From an uncultured delta proteobacterium (GTDB lineage Bacteria; Desulfobacterota; Desulfomonilia; UBA1062): a DNA stretch of 64,000 bases. Made by a program: the position numbers and the translations under genes. Of the stretch, positions 28,813 to 38,380 are shown piece by piece. The first letter of the stretch is position 1. Each line of letters opens with the position of its first letter. The stretch spans positions 224,001 to 288,000 of the forward strand of contig CAWAUM010000007.1 of NCBI GenBank assembly GCA_963785235.1. Direction: 5' to 3'. The notes beneath the pieces were generated by a model. That model had not been told where the DNA came from. It did not search any database and was given only the letters and a program-made list of their open reading frames with translations.

Positions 28813-31320
28813 ATGGCAGAGCCGGCAGCGAACATGAGTATAAAGGAACTGGAAAAAAATCAGAAATGGTGGTGGGCCGCAGAGAAGAAGCGATCGAAGA
28901 GGTTGGATTACCTCAGAAAGGCCATATGGAAAAAAGGGGCGATCGGGGGGATTTATCCCATCGGATTGAATATCGATCTGGAGCAGGCCAGACTGCATAC
29001 CGAAAAGGCGCGCGAACTGGAGTTTGCACCTGACCCGTATGTCGTAAAATTTGCCAAGATGTTCGCTCATTACCTGGATAACAAGACGATCTTCATCACC
29101 GATAAGGCCCAGCTCGTGGGCTACGTGGGCAGCCTGCCCAATACGATCTCCTGGAATCCAAGCTTAGCCTCGATCCTGAATTACGAGGTTATCAATGATT
29201 CTTCGGCCATCCCCGAGCCTATGGATGCGAGTCTGAAGATAATCAATGAGGTGGCCGCTTACTGGTCCGGAAAATCTGATCTGGACAAGATCCTGCCCCA
29301 CATGGATCTGGACGACATGACAAAGGTCCTCTCCGGTGCAATCGGGTGGGGTGTCCCGCTCTCCAGAGGTGGTTATTCCGGCAAGGATTACGAGTACATC
29401 ATGACCGGCCGGCGGGCCTTTTTAGACATCATCGCCGAACTCGACCGCCAGATCGACGAGGCGGACGCCAAGGTCCATACACAAGGCGCCACCACGGAAA
29501 TGAGCGATCTGTATGACAAGATGAACATGTGGGAGGCCATGAAGATAACCCTCGAGGCCGGTATCCGTCATGCTGGGCGCTATGCTCGTCTGGCCAGGAT
29601 TATCGCGGAAAATTACGAGACCGACAATGACCGCAAGGAAGAGCTCTTACAGATCGCCGAGGCCTGCGAACAGGTGCCTGCCAGGCCGCCTAGAACACTG
29701 CAGGAGTCGCTCCAGTATGACCTCTTCATCCAGCTCTTCAGCCGGACCGAGGCCATCGAGGGCGCCTGGCCGTCCCGGCCGGACTACTATCACGGGCCGT
29801 ATTACGACAAGGACGTCAACATCGACAAGCGCCTCACCAAGGAGCAGGCCATGGATCTGGTCGGTGAGTTCCTGATCCGGGCCGCCGAGGTCTCTCAGTA
29901 CAAGCCCAAATGTGCCCGGGAAGGGCTTCAGGGAATAGAAGGGACCTGGGTCTGGACTTTGGGCGGGGTAAACAAGGACGGGAGCGACGCCTGCAACGAC
30001 ATGACGATCGCGCTCTTACAGGCCGCCCGTCTGGTCAGGGTCGCCAATCCGACCTTCAGCTTCCGCTGGCACCCCAAGGTCAAGGACGAGGTTCTGCGCG
30101 AATGCTTTGAGTGCATCCGCCATGGGCTGGGTTATCCCTCCATGCGCAATGATCCGATTCTGATCGCCAATTCCATGAACTGGCACGGACATCCTATCGA
30201 AGAGGCCCGCACCTGGGTGCACCAGGCCTGCATGTCTCCCAGCCCGACCACCAAGCATGGATTTCAGCCCATGCGCATGGCCAACGCCACAGCCAACTGC
30301 GCCAAGATCATCGAGTATGTCATGACCAGTGGCTTTGACCCGGTCATAAACATGCAGATTGGGGCCGAAACGCCCGATGCTGCCACCTTCACCGATTTCG
30401 AGCAGGTGTACGAAGCATGGATCAGCCAGATGAAAACCATCTTCAGTATCCTGGTCCGTCCGGTGAACCGGGCCAGAATCCTGGCCTCCAAGTGGACCCC
30501 GCGACCGTACCTTTCGGCCATCTCCGAACGCTCGGTCGAAAGCGGCCTGGAAGTTATGGATCCTTCGATCAGCCGCGGGAATTCCTGGATAACGGCCTTT
30601 ACCTGGGTTGAAAACATCGACAGCCTGGCAGCGATAAAAAAACTGGTCTTCGATGACAAGAAATATACCATGGCCGAGCTCAAGCAGGCCATCGCCGACA
30701 ACTGGGAAGGCCATGAGGAGATGCGGCTGGATTTCGTCCGCAATGCACCCAAGTGGGGCAATGACGATGACTATGTCGACAACATCATGCTCAGGTGCCT
30801 GCGGGATGTGGCCAAGTTCGGACGCGTACTCAAGGACCCAATGGGCAACAACTGGCCGATTCTACCCGAAAATGTCAGCGGTAATATTCACTATGCCAAT
30901 ATCGTGGGGGCCTTGCCCAACGGGCGCCGGCTGGGAGACGCCCTGTATGACGGCGGCATCTCGCCCGGGCCGGGGCTCGATAAAAAGGGGCCGACCGCGG
31001 TGCTGAATTCGTGTGCCAAGATCGACCATATCTCCGACGGACGGGCCTTCCTCTTGAACCAGAGACTGTCCCCCACCCAGCTCGCCGGGGAAAAAGGATA
31101 CCAGCTCTGGAAATCGTACATGAACACCTGGTACGCACTCGGCATGGATCATATCCAGTTCAACTGCGTGTCGGACGAGACCCTCAGGAGCGCCCAGAGA
31201 GACCCGGAGAAGTACACGGAAGTCATCGTGCGGGTTGCGGGCTACAGCGCCCACTTCGTGGATATCAGCCGCAAGACGCAGGACAACATCATCCAGCGTA
31301 CGGTGCAGGGACTGGGTTAA
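28813..31320 (+). CDS. assA: Alkylsuccinate synthase alpha subunit (AssA/MasD, fumarate-adding GRE, 835 aa)
   Basis: N-terminal WWWAAEKKRSKRLDYLRKAIWKKGA typical of AssA/MasD, Cys loop HQACMSP, glycyl loop RVAGYSAHF; start ATG 28813 after GGAGG. Confidence 0.93.
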   Translation: MAEPAANMSIKELEKNQKWWWAAEKKRSKRLDYLRKAIWKKGAIGGIYPIGLNIDLEQARLHTEKARELEFAPDPYVVKFAKMFAHYLDNKTIFITDKAQLVGYVGSLPNTISWNPSLASILNYEVINDSSAIPEPMDASLKIINEVAAYWSGKSDLDKILPHMDLDDMTKVLSGAIGWGVPLSRGGYSGKDYEYIMTGRRAFLDIIAELDRQIDEADAKVHTQGATTEMSDLYDKMNMWEAMKITLEAGIRHAGRYARLARIIAENYETDNDRKEELLQIAEACEQVPARPPRTLQESLQYDLFIQLFSRTEAIEGAWPSRPDYYHGPYYDKDVNIDKRLTKEQAMDLVGEFLIRAAEVSQYKPKCAREGLQGIEGTWVWTLGGVNKDGSDACNDMTIALLQAARLVRVANPTFSFRWHPKVKDEVLRECFECIRHGLGYPSMRNDPILIANSMNWHGHPIEEARTWVHQACMSPSPTTKHGFQPMRMANATANCAKIIEYVMTSGFDPVINMQIGAETPDAATFTDFEQVYEAWISQMKTIFSILVRPVNRARILASKWTPRPYLSAISERSVESGLEVMDPSISRGNSWITAFTWVENIDSLAAIKKLVFDDKKYTMAELKQAIADNWEGHEEMRLDFVRNAPKWGNDDDYVDNIMLRCLRDVAKFGRVLKDPMGNNWPILPENVSGNIHYANIVGALPNGRRLGDALYDGGISPGPGLDKKGPTAVLNSCAKIDHISDGRAFLLNQRLSPTQLAGEKGYQLWKSYMNTWYALGMDHIQFNCVSDETLRSAQRDPEKYTEVIVRVAGYSAHFVDISRKTQDNIIQRTVQGLG

Positions 31321-31332
31321 CTCTGGAGGGTT

Positions 31333-31361
31333 AGGGGGGTTGCCGCCCGGGCGACCCCCTT
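31333..31361 (+). terminator. GC-rich stem-loop between assA and assB
   Basis: AGGGGGGTTGCC-GCCCG-GGCGACCCCCTT; only a short U tract, so possibly an mRNA stabiliser or partial terminator. Confidence 0.5.
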
Positions 31362-31383
31362 TGAGCAATGAGGCAAAGGAGAT

Positions 31384-31758
31384 GTGAAAATGGCAAGAAG
31401 AAATCGGGATGAATATGCAAAGGCCTCGGGGGTATTCGGCCGGACGGCGGCTGATCTGGAAAAGCAGTCGAATGCCGAAACAATCCCTGAAAAGACCTGC
31501 GGCGTATGCAAGCATTATCTGGAGAGCTCCTGGTCGAGCGATGGAAGGGGCAGTTGCAAGCAACTGAAAGAGGGGTCCGATATCACCAGTGATCCCCCCG
31601 TCTTCAATCTGGAGGGGAAAAACGGGTACCTGCTGAGAATCCTTACCGATGCCGCCAGGTGCACGTATTTCGAAAAGAGTGAATTCATCGATCATGACGG
31701 CCAGGAATGCAGTGACCCCATATACCGTCGCTCGATGAGGCAGCTCATGGACAAGTAA
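31384..31758 (+). CDS. assB: Alkylsuccinate synthase beta subunit (AssB/MasB-like)
   Basis: CGVC..C..C Fe-S pattern, C-terminal ECSDPIYRRSMRQ, ~122 aa, immediately after assA. Confidence 0.75.
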   Translation: MKMARRNRDEYAKASGVFGRTAADLEKQSNAETIPEKTCGVCKHYLESSWSSDGRGSCKQLKEGSDITSDPPVFNLEGKNGYLLRILTDAARCTYFEKSEFIDHDGQECSDPIYRRSMRQLMDK

Positions 31759-31794
31759 GGATAATTCAAACCACAACCAAAGGAGGAAGAGAAC

Positions 31795-32016
31795 ATGAAG
31801 TGTATAGAGTGTAATTACGAGGCCCCGGTTGATAAATTCCGTTACCTCTACAACGCCCGGATCGATTCATCGCTTACGCTGCGGCAGTGTCCCAACTGCC
31901 AGGCCTGGCTGGCCGTGGATGAACTGACCAGTTCGGTCAAGCAGAAGGTCGGCCCGGGCGAGGCTCCCTGGGGCAAGTCGGCCGGTATCGAGGGTCTGGC
32001 GGAGAGCGTGCACTAG
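31795..32016 (+). CDS. masE: MasE-like small subunit of alkylsuccinate synthase
   Basis: MKCIEC...FRYLYNARIDSSLTLRQCPNCQ...PWGKSAGIE matches the MasE pattern; RBS AGGAGG. Confidence 0.82.
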   Translation: MKCIECNYEAPVDKFRYLYNARIDSSLTLRQCPNCQAWLAVDELTSSVKQKVGPGEAPWGKSAGIEGLAESVH

Positions 32017-32057
32017 GGTGTGGGGCTACCAAGAGGTACCAGAAGAGGGGTGCGGCC

Positions 32058-32399
32058 ATGGATATGACCTGTCATGTCTGCGGATATACCGCCAATTATC
32101 TTAAGTTCGACTATCTGTGCAAGAACGGGTGTCCGGCGTGCGGTGAATCCGATATGCGGCTTTGTCCTGCGTGCGGGACCAAATGCGTCTTCTCACGCGC
32201 CGAAAGCCTGGAGGGGGAGGAACTCAAGATGCGAGAGCTTTCCGTAAGGCTGGCCGGCATGGTCAGGAGCCAGGACACGCAGGTCATGGCGGAAGCCAGA
32301 AATCTCCTCGAACAGTTGCACGAGATCAATCGGCGCTGGAATATTCCGGCCCTGCACCAATTCTTAAAGGAGAGGCAGCACGATTTGTTTCCGGAATGA
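32058..32399 (+). CDS. Cys-rich (zinc-ribbon/rubredoxin-like) hypothetical protein
   Basis: CHVC, C..GCPACG, CPACGTKC followed by a helical tail; RBS GAGGGG. Confidence 0.7.
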   Translation: MDMTCHVCGYTANYLKFDYLCKNGCPACGESDMRLCPACGTKCVFSRAESLEGEELKMRELSVRLAGMVRSQDTQVMAEARNLLEQLHEINRRWNIPALHQFLKERQHDLFPE

Positions 32400-32415
32400 T
32401 GGGAAGGAGAAAACA

Positions 32416-32724
32416 ATGAAGTGCGTAGAATGCTCTTACGAGGCACCGGTATCCGGTTTTCACTACCTCTATAACGCAAGGATCGATGCCTCGGTAGTGT
32501 TGCGGCAGTGCCCCAACTGTCAGGCATTGATCGCGGTTGATGAGCTCCTGGGGTTCGTAAAACAGAAGATAGGACCGGGCGAGGCACTCTGGGGCAAATC
32601 CTCAGGGATCGAGGGCTCTGCTGAAAAGCCCCGGGCCGGGCGTAGGAAGTTAATCCACAGGGGACCGTGGAACAAAGATCCGGGCGCCTCCACCCGGATT
32701 ATTTGTCCCGGTTCCCCATCTTGA
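32416..32724 (+). CDS. Second MasE paralog with C-terminal extension
   Basis: MKCVEC...YLYNARIDAS..LRQCPNCQ...WGKSSGIEG is colinear with 31795..32016; RBS AAGGAG. Confidence 0.75.
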   Translation: MKCVECSYEAPVSGFHYLYNARIDASVVLRQCPNCQALIAVDELLGFVKQKIGPGEALWGKSSGIEGSAEKPRAGRRKLIHRGPWNKDPGASTRIICPGSPS

Positions 32725-32745
32725 GTTGTTTTTGTAGAGAAAGGT

Positions 32746-33623
32746 ATGGGCATGAAGAAACTGCATAGCGTTGAACAAGGGGCTTTCGAGGGCATCGTTA
32801 CAGTGCCTGTGCCTGAGGAGCACTTTTTCCTCAAGGACGAGACAAAGGCCAACCTCGAGAGGATTCAAAAACTTTCAGAGCGCCATCCGGTGAACGTGCT
32901 GGTGGCGGGCAAGCAGGGCTGCGGTAAGTCCACGCTCGTCCGCCAGTTCGCTGCCAGGAACAACAGGCCTTTGGCCACGTTCCAGATCGGTATCCTAGCC
33001 GAGCCCGGCCAGCTCTTTGGAGAACACCGGCTCAAGGAAGGAGAGACCTATTACCAGGAGTTTCTCTTTCCCAAGGCCATACAGACCCCCGGCTGCGTCA
33101 TACACCTTGAGGAGATCAACCGGCCCGAGCACCCCAAGGCGCTGAACATGCTCCTTTCCGTCCTGGCGGAAGACCGAAGGATCTGGCTCGATGAGATCGG
33201 GCACATCAAGGTGGCGGACAATGTGGTTTTTTTCGCGACCTGAACGAGGGCGAAGAATTCATCGGCACCGAGATGCTCGATGCAGCGTTGAGGGACCGGT
33301 TTTACGTCACCGTGCTCGACTACCTGCCGCCCGAGGTGGAGACCAAGGTCCTCTCCCTGAAGGCAGGGGTATCCGATGCTGAGGCGCTCACCATCGTGAA
33401 CGTGGCGAACAAGCTGCGCAGCAACAAGAACGAGCCCATGGTCGTGTCCACCAGGCACTCCCTCATGATCGCCGAAATGGTGGGTGTGGGTGCCACGGTG
33501 AAGGAGGCGTTCATAGACAGCCTCCAGATGAACCCGGATATCCTGGAGTCGGTCCTGCTCTCGCTCCACCTCGAGCTCGGCCTGACGGACAGAGATACAA
33601 AGGGCCGGTATCAACTCTATTAG
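32746..33623 (+). CDS. assE: AAA+ ATPase AssE/BssE/MasF-like; frameshift at ~33240
   Basis: Walker A GKQGCGKS, LEEINRPE, FFAT(L)NEGEEF..DAALRDRF. Confidence 0.85.
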
Positions 33624-33629
33624 GAGGAT

Positions 33630-35387
33630 GTGGTGCTGATGAGAGATATTTCTGAAAAGGGCATATTCCATGAGCTTCAGACACTTTCTTCTTTCTGGAG
33701 GAAGAACACCTCCACCCAGGAGGCCATAGAGCTTGCCAACCTGTTGAAGTCCCTGCGCAAGGTGGTGGGTCACCTGGGCCCCAATGCCGGGAGTGTGGAG
33801 TATGCAGGCCTGTCGGGCAATGATCCCTCGGCCATCATCATTGACCCGGCATCTGCCATGGGCTCATACCCTGTTGCGGCAAAAAAGGCCGATCTGCTTG
33901 TGGGTGAAGTGGTGCATGAGGCCCTGCTCAGGATAGAGTGGAGCGATCGTGTCTGGAAGATCCTGGAGCCCTCCTTTGTTGAAATGGGCCCCATTGCCCT
34001 GGTGAAATTTCAGATGATCGTAAGGACCGCTGAAGACATCTATGTGGACAGTATCCTCGAAGGTTCGGTCCTGGGAAACTATCTGGCTGCGGCCAGGAGA
34101 AAGGAGCTGAGCGGACCCAGGGTTCAATCCATACTCCTTAAGTCGATATCATCATTTGATACACTGGTCCTCCTGTGGTGGGCCGTTTCATTCGGGGACC
34201 ATGGATCAATGGTGACCCACAGACATCATGATGCGCCGCTGACAGCACTTATGCGGCTTTCCCGGGAGATCACCGAACTGAGCAAGGACAAGTCATTCGT
34301 CGTTTTCAGGTGCAAGCAGCGCGCACTGCTCTACAAGGAGCTATGGGCACGGATTGAGGCGCAAGTCCTGGATCTCCCCCTCATCGACAAGAGGCTCAGC
34401 TGGAGCCCTGATCAGCAGCAGAACATGGCCATCAGGAATCAGAGCAACGGTTCATCCGGATACCGTTCACCCAGCCTGAGCCCGGATCTCGCCAATGACA
34501 TAGAGCTCCATCTCGCCCCAACCTCATCCGACATCACCCCGCTTATCAGAAGGGTCGCAGGCCTTGACAGCCAGGAAGTCATCCCCACCTCCCGCTGGGA
34601 TTATCACATCCCTGCACATCCCATGGTCGACCGCACTCTGGCGGGGAGGATAAGTTCCATATTCCAGAGTTATTCGGCAAGAGAGAAGTTGATGAACAGG
34701 GGTCTCACGAGTGGAAAGCTCGACAGCAGGAGGCTTCACCGGGCGCCTATCACGGGGAGGTGCTTCAAATACCTCGAATCACGCCCGTCCATGGACTGGA
34801 ATGTGACGCTCCTTGCAGACGCCAGCGGATCCATGAGGGGGACCAAATGGAGGATGGTGGAGAATACGGTTTCCACACTCCACCGGGCATTGAAGGGATA
34901 TCGGAACAGTCTGTCCGCCTACGCCTATTTCGAGATCGACGGGATCTGCATGGTCTCTTCGCTCATAAAGGACGACAAGGTGTTCTCGGTGCCCCCGTGC
35001 GGGCAGACGGCCTCGGGCCAGGCCATCATTGCGGCCGCCCTGTTCATGCCGAAAAACAAGAGGCGCAGGCTGCTCATCCACATTACGGACGGCGAGTCCA
35101 ACATCGGTCTGAATGTCCCTGCGGCCATCGAGTATTGCAGGTCACAAAATATACACCTGGTGACGCTCGGCTGCGGATGCAGGGACATGAATGCCATGCA
35201 GGCCCAATACGGCAACACCATCGAATTCATCGGCGGCTTCAGGATGCTGCCCCAGTCCATAGAACGTCTGCTGCGGTGGACATTCCTCTACGGGTCCAGG
35301 GCCCCGATGCCCGGTGTGAGGTTCGCAGGCGTCATCCGGAAAAAACTCGGCAGCTGTGAAAACCAAACTGTCAAAATAGATATGTAG
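33630..35387 (+). CDS. assF: von Willebrand factor A domain protein, AssF/BssF-like
   Basis: MIDAS DASGSM, T(ASG), ITDG; GKLDSRRL; follows the AAA ATPase. Confidence 0.78.
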   Translation: MVLMRDISEKGIFHELQTLSSFWRKNTSTQEAIELANLLKSLRKVVGHLGPNAGSVEYAGLSGNDPSAIIIDPASAMGSYPVAAKKADLLVGEVVHEALLRIEWSDRVWKILEPSFVEMGPIALVKFQMIVRTAEDIYVDSILEGSVLGNYLAAARRKELSGPRVQSILLKSISSFDTLVLLWWAVSFGDHGSMVTHRHHDAPLTALMRLSREITELSKDKSFVVFRCKQRALLYKELWARIEAQVLDLPLIDKRLSWSPDQQQNMAIRNQSNGSSGYRSPSLSPDLANDIELHLAPTSSDITPLIRRVAGLDSQEVIPTSRWDYHIPAHPMVDRTLAGRISSIFQSYSAREKLMNRGLTSGKLDSRRLHRAPITGRCFKYLESRPSMDWNVTLLADASGSMRGTKWRMVENTVSTLHRALKGYRNSLSAYAYFEIDGICMVSSLIKDDKVFSVPPCGQTASGQAIIAAALFMPKNKRRRLLIHITDGESNIGLNVPAAIEYCRSQNIHLVTLGCGCRDMNAMQAQYGNTIEFIGGFRMLPQSIERLLRWTFLYGSRAPMPGVRFAGVIRKKLGSCENQTVKIDM

Positions 35388-35402
35388 CAAAGGGGATGTG
35401 AG

Positions 35403-35814
35403 ATGAAAATCAGCGAGACCGTGAAGAACTGTTTTGGGGTCGATGGCAGGGCCAACATACTGGCCACGTCGGACAAGTCCGGCAAGCGTGAATGTGGCCA
35501 TGTTCGGCTCGTACCAGCTCATGGATGATTCATCGGTGATCGTCATGCTTGGTGACAACCGGTCTTACAAGAACCTCAAAGAGAATCCCCAAGCGGCCTG
35601 CATGGTGATGCTGCACGGGAAAACCGGCCTGGCAACCGAGGGCTGCAGGCTCTACATGAAGGTACGCACCATGGAGGATGAAGGACAGAAGTGGGTCGAG
35701 GTAAGAGAAAAGATCAGGGCCCGCATCGGGGGCGCCGCGGACATGCTCAAGCACCTGGTGTGGTTTGACATCGTGGAGGCCCGTCCCATCCTCGACTTCG
35801 GGCAGGGGATCTGA
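35403..35814 (+). CDS. Pyridoxamine 5'-phosphate oxidase-like FMN-binding protein; frameshift near 35487
   Basis: MKISETVKNCFGVDGRANILATSDKSG joins VNVAMFGS; SYKNLKENP. Confidence 0.75.
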
Positions 35815-35833
35815 TGGAGAAAGGAAAAAAGCA

Positions 35834-36634
35834 ATGACAGGGCAAGCGATCCTCCTGACGGAAATCAGGTCATGCATAGGAACTATAACCTTTAACAGGA
35901 CCGAGCGGAAGAATGCCCTGTCCCCGGAACTGCTCCTCATGGTCCATAAGACCCTCCAGGAATGGGGCCTCTCAGGTGAGGTGCGTGTGGTGGTGATCAC
36001 GGGCTCTCCGGGAAAGGCCTTTTCATCGGGCTATGATATCGCTGCCATCCCCACCGAGATGAACCCTGATCTGGCCGAACTCATGAAGTCCCACAACCCC
36101 CTGGAGCTGGCGCTTAACAGCGTTGAACAGTTCCCGTACCCCACCATTGCCATGATGAACGGGTATGCCTTCGGCGCCGGGCTCAACCTGGCCATGTGCT
36201 GCGACATGAGGATTGCCCAGTCCGATATCAGTGTGGGCATGCCGCCGGCAAAGCTGGGGCTGGTCTACCACCCCGAGGGCCTCAGGCAGTTCATCGAGGT
36301 GGTGGGCATGGCAAAGACCCGAGAGATCTTTTTCACCGGGAGGACCTATAAAGGTCCCGAGGCACTTCATATGGGGCTGGTGGACCGGCTTGTCCAGGCA
36401 GAAGAGCTTACCGGAATCACCTATGGGCTTGCCGAAGAGATAGCGGGCAATGCCCCGCTGTCGCTCAAAGGCACCAAGAGAATATTGTCCATGTTTAGGG
36501 AGCGTGTAGGGCTCACGGAAAAGCAGAGGGCCGAAGCGGATAAGCTCATCGGCGAGGCGTTTAACTCTGATGACCTTAAAGAGGGTATGGCAGCCTTCTT
36601 CGAGAAGCGCAAACCCCGCTTCTCCGGAAGGTGA
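35834..36634 (+). CDS. Crotonase-family protein lacking both hydratase glutamates (methylmalonyl-CoA decarboxylase ScpB-like)
   Basis: FSSGYDI, GAGLNL, MPPAKLGLVY, FFEKRKPRF. Confidence 0.8.
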   Translation: MTGQAILLTEIRSCIGTITFNRTERKNALSPELLLMVHKTLQEWGLSGEVRVVVITGSPGKAFSSGYDIAAIPTEMNPDLAELMKSHNPLELALNSVEQFPYPTIAMMNGYAFGAGLNLAMCCDMRIAQSDISVGMPPAKLGLVYHPEGLRQFIEVVGMAKTREIFFTGRTYKGPEALHMGLVDRLVQAEELTGITYGLAEEIAGNAPLSLKGTKRILSMFRERVGLTEKQRAEADKLIGEAFNSDDLKEGMAAFFEKRKPRFSGR

Positions 36635-36681
36635 GGGCACGATTCGACACGATCATCACTGTTTTTAAGGAGAGGAAGGCC

Positions 36682-38379
36682 ATGGAGAAAGAGATTGCGC
36701 AGGGTGAAAAAAAGATAAGGGTTCAAAGCCAGAATGACACAGGTGTTTTCCAATCCAGAGGCAAGGCTGTGCCGGAAGACATGGCAATAGAAAAGGCGAT
36801 GCCGAACATGCCGGTAGAGTGGAGCGTGGGCCATATTCCCTATAAGAGGGCCATGGTTTCACCGCACAAGACAGCCATTATCTATGAGGATATATCCATA
36901 ACCTACAAGGAACTCAACGAGGGGATCAACCGGGCTGCCCATCTTCTGGTGAGAAAAGGCATCAGGAAAGGTGACCGGGTGGCGGTGCTGCTGCTGAACA
37001 GCATTGAATTTCTCGAAATATACTTTGCCGCATCAAAGATCGGTGCGATTCTGTTGCCGCTCAACTGGCGGCTCGTCGGCCCTGAGCTGGAATATCAGCT
37101 CAACAACTGCAGCGCGCGCCTGCTTGTATTCCATGACTCCTTCCTGGGCAGCGTTGACCTCATAAGGACCAGACTCAAGGTGGAGCAGGACAAGTTCATA
37201 TTCTTAAAGAGCGGCAGTCCCCTGCCCAGAGGATTCGAGTCCCCCAGATGCCCTGAGTGGGCAGGGGATTATCATGAGCTCGTCAAGGACCAGCCGATCA
37301 TCGAGCCGCATCCGGAACAGCCGGTGGGCATGGATGACCCCCTTGCCATCCTCTATACCTCCGGGGTCACGGGCAATCCCAAGGGCGCCATAGTTTCGCA
37401 CATGCAGACATTTTTCAAGAACTTCCAGGTGGGGATCTATATCGATGCCCAGCAGGATGACGTAGTGATAGCGCAGATGCCCCTGTTCCACTCGGGCGGC
37501 CTGTTCATCGTCGCAACGCCCGCCCTGTGCAGCGGCATGACCATGGTCATGCGCAGGGGATTCGACCCGAACGAATTCGCCGAAGACATCCAGAGATACA
37601 GGGGCACCATCGTCTTTGCACTTACCACCATGTGGCGGCTCATCCTGGACACCGGCAAGCTGGACCAGATCGATGTCAGTTCGGTGCGGTGCGTGGTTGG
37701 CGGCGGCGAGAGGACCCCGGCGAGCCTCATCGAAGAGCTTGCCAAGCGCAATCTCTACATGCAGCAGGGGTTCGGCCAGACCGAAAACTCGGCCATGATG
37801 CTGCTGCCCAGGGAGGCTATCCAGCACAAGATGGGCTCCATCGGCAAGCCGGGGTTCTTTACCGAGATCTGGATCGCAGATGCTGGCGGCAGGAGGCTGC
37901 CTCCAGGCGAGATCGGCGAGATCTGTGCCAAGGGCCCTACGGTCATGAGCGGATACTGGGACATGTCTGAGGAGACCGCCAAGACCATCACAAACGGTGG
38001 AGTGCTCCACACAGGTGATCTCGGGTACACGGATGAGGAAGGGTACTTCTATATTGTTGACAGGGCAAAAGACATGTATCGCAGCGGTGGCGAGAATGTC
38101 TATCCGGCAGAGGTCGAAAAGATCCTCATGACCCACCCGAAGATATCCATGGCAGCCATCATCGGGGTGCCTGATGAGCGGTGGGGAGAGGCAGGAATGG
38201 CCTTTATCGTCCCGGCACCCAACGAGACCATCACCGACAAGGAGATCATCGATTATCTGAAAGACAAGGTGGCCAGATACAAGTATCCGGCCAAGTTCAA
38301 GTTCATGACTGAGCTGCCCCTTACCGGGACCATGAAGGTGAGGAAGGCAGAGCTCAAGGAAAAATACACGAAGGTCTAG
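36682..38379 (+). CDS. Long-chain acyl-CoA synthetase (AMP-forming)
   Basis: YTSGVTGNPKG, GFGQTE, HTGDLG, DRAKDM.RSGGENVYPAEVE, TGTMK; start could also be 36781. Confidence 0.9.
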   Translation: MEKEIAQGEKKIRVQSQNDTGVFQSRGKAVPEDMAIEKAMPNMPVEWSVGHIPYKRAMVSPHKTAIIYEDISITYKELNEGINRAAHLLVRKGIRKGDRVAVLLLNSIEFLEIYFAASKIGAILLPLNWRLVGPELEYQLNNCSARLLVFHDSFLGSVDLIRTRLKVEQDKFIFLKSGSPLPRGFESPRCPEWAGDYHELVKDQPIIEPHPEQPVGMDDPLAILYTSGVTGNPKGAIVSHMQTFFKNFQVGIYIDAQQDDVVIAQMPLFHSGGLFIVATPALCSGMTMVMRRGFDPNEFAEDIQRYRGTIVFALTTMWRLILDTGKLDQIDVSSVRCVVGGGERTPASLIEELAKRNLYMQQGFGQTENSAMMLLPREAIQHKMGSIGKPGFFTEIWIADAGGRRLPPGEIGEICAKGPTVMSGYWDMSEETAKTITNGGVLHTGDLGYTDEEGYFYIVDRAKDMYRSGGENVYPAEVEKILMTHPKISMAAIIGVPDERWGEAGMAFIVPAPNETITDKEIIDYLKDKVARYKYPAKFKFMTELPLTGTMKVRKAELKEKYTKV

Positions 38380-38380
38380 T

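Noticed and set aside
33238-33246. In-frame TGA in the AAA ATPase as possible selenocysteine
   Set aside because: The downstream homology is in another frame; ACC-TGA-AC is best read as ACC-CTG-AAC (T-L-N) with one C missing
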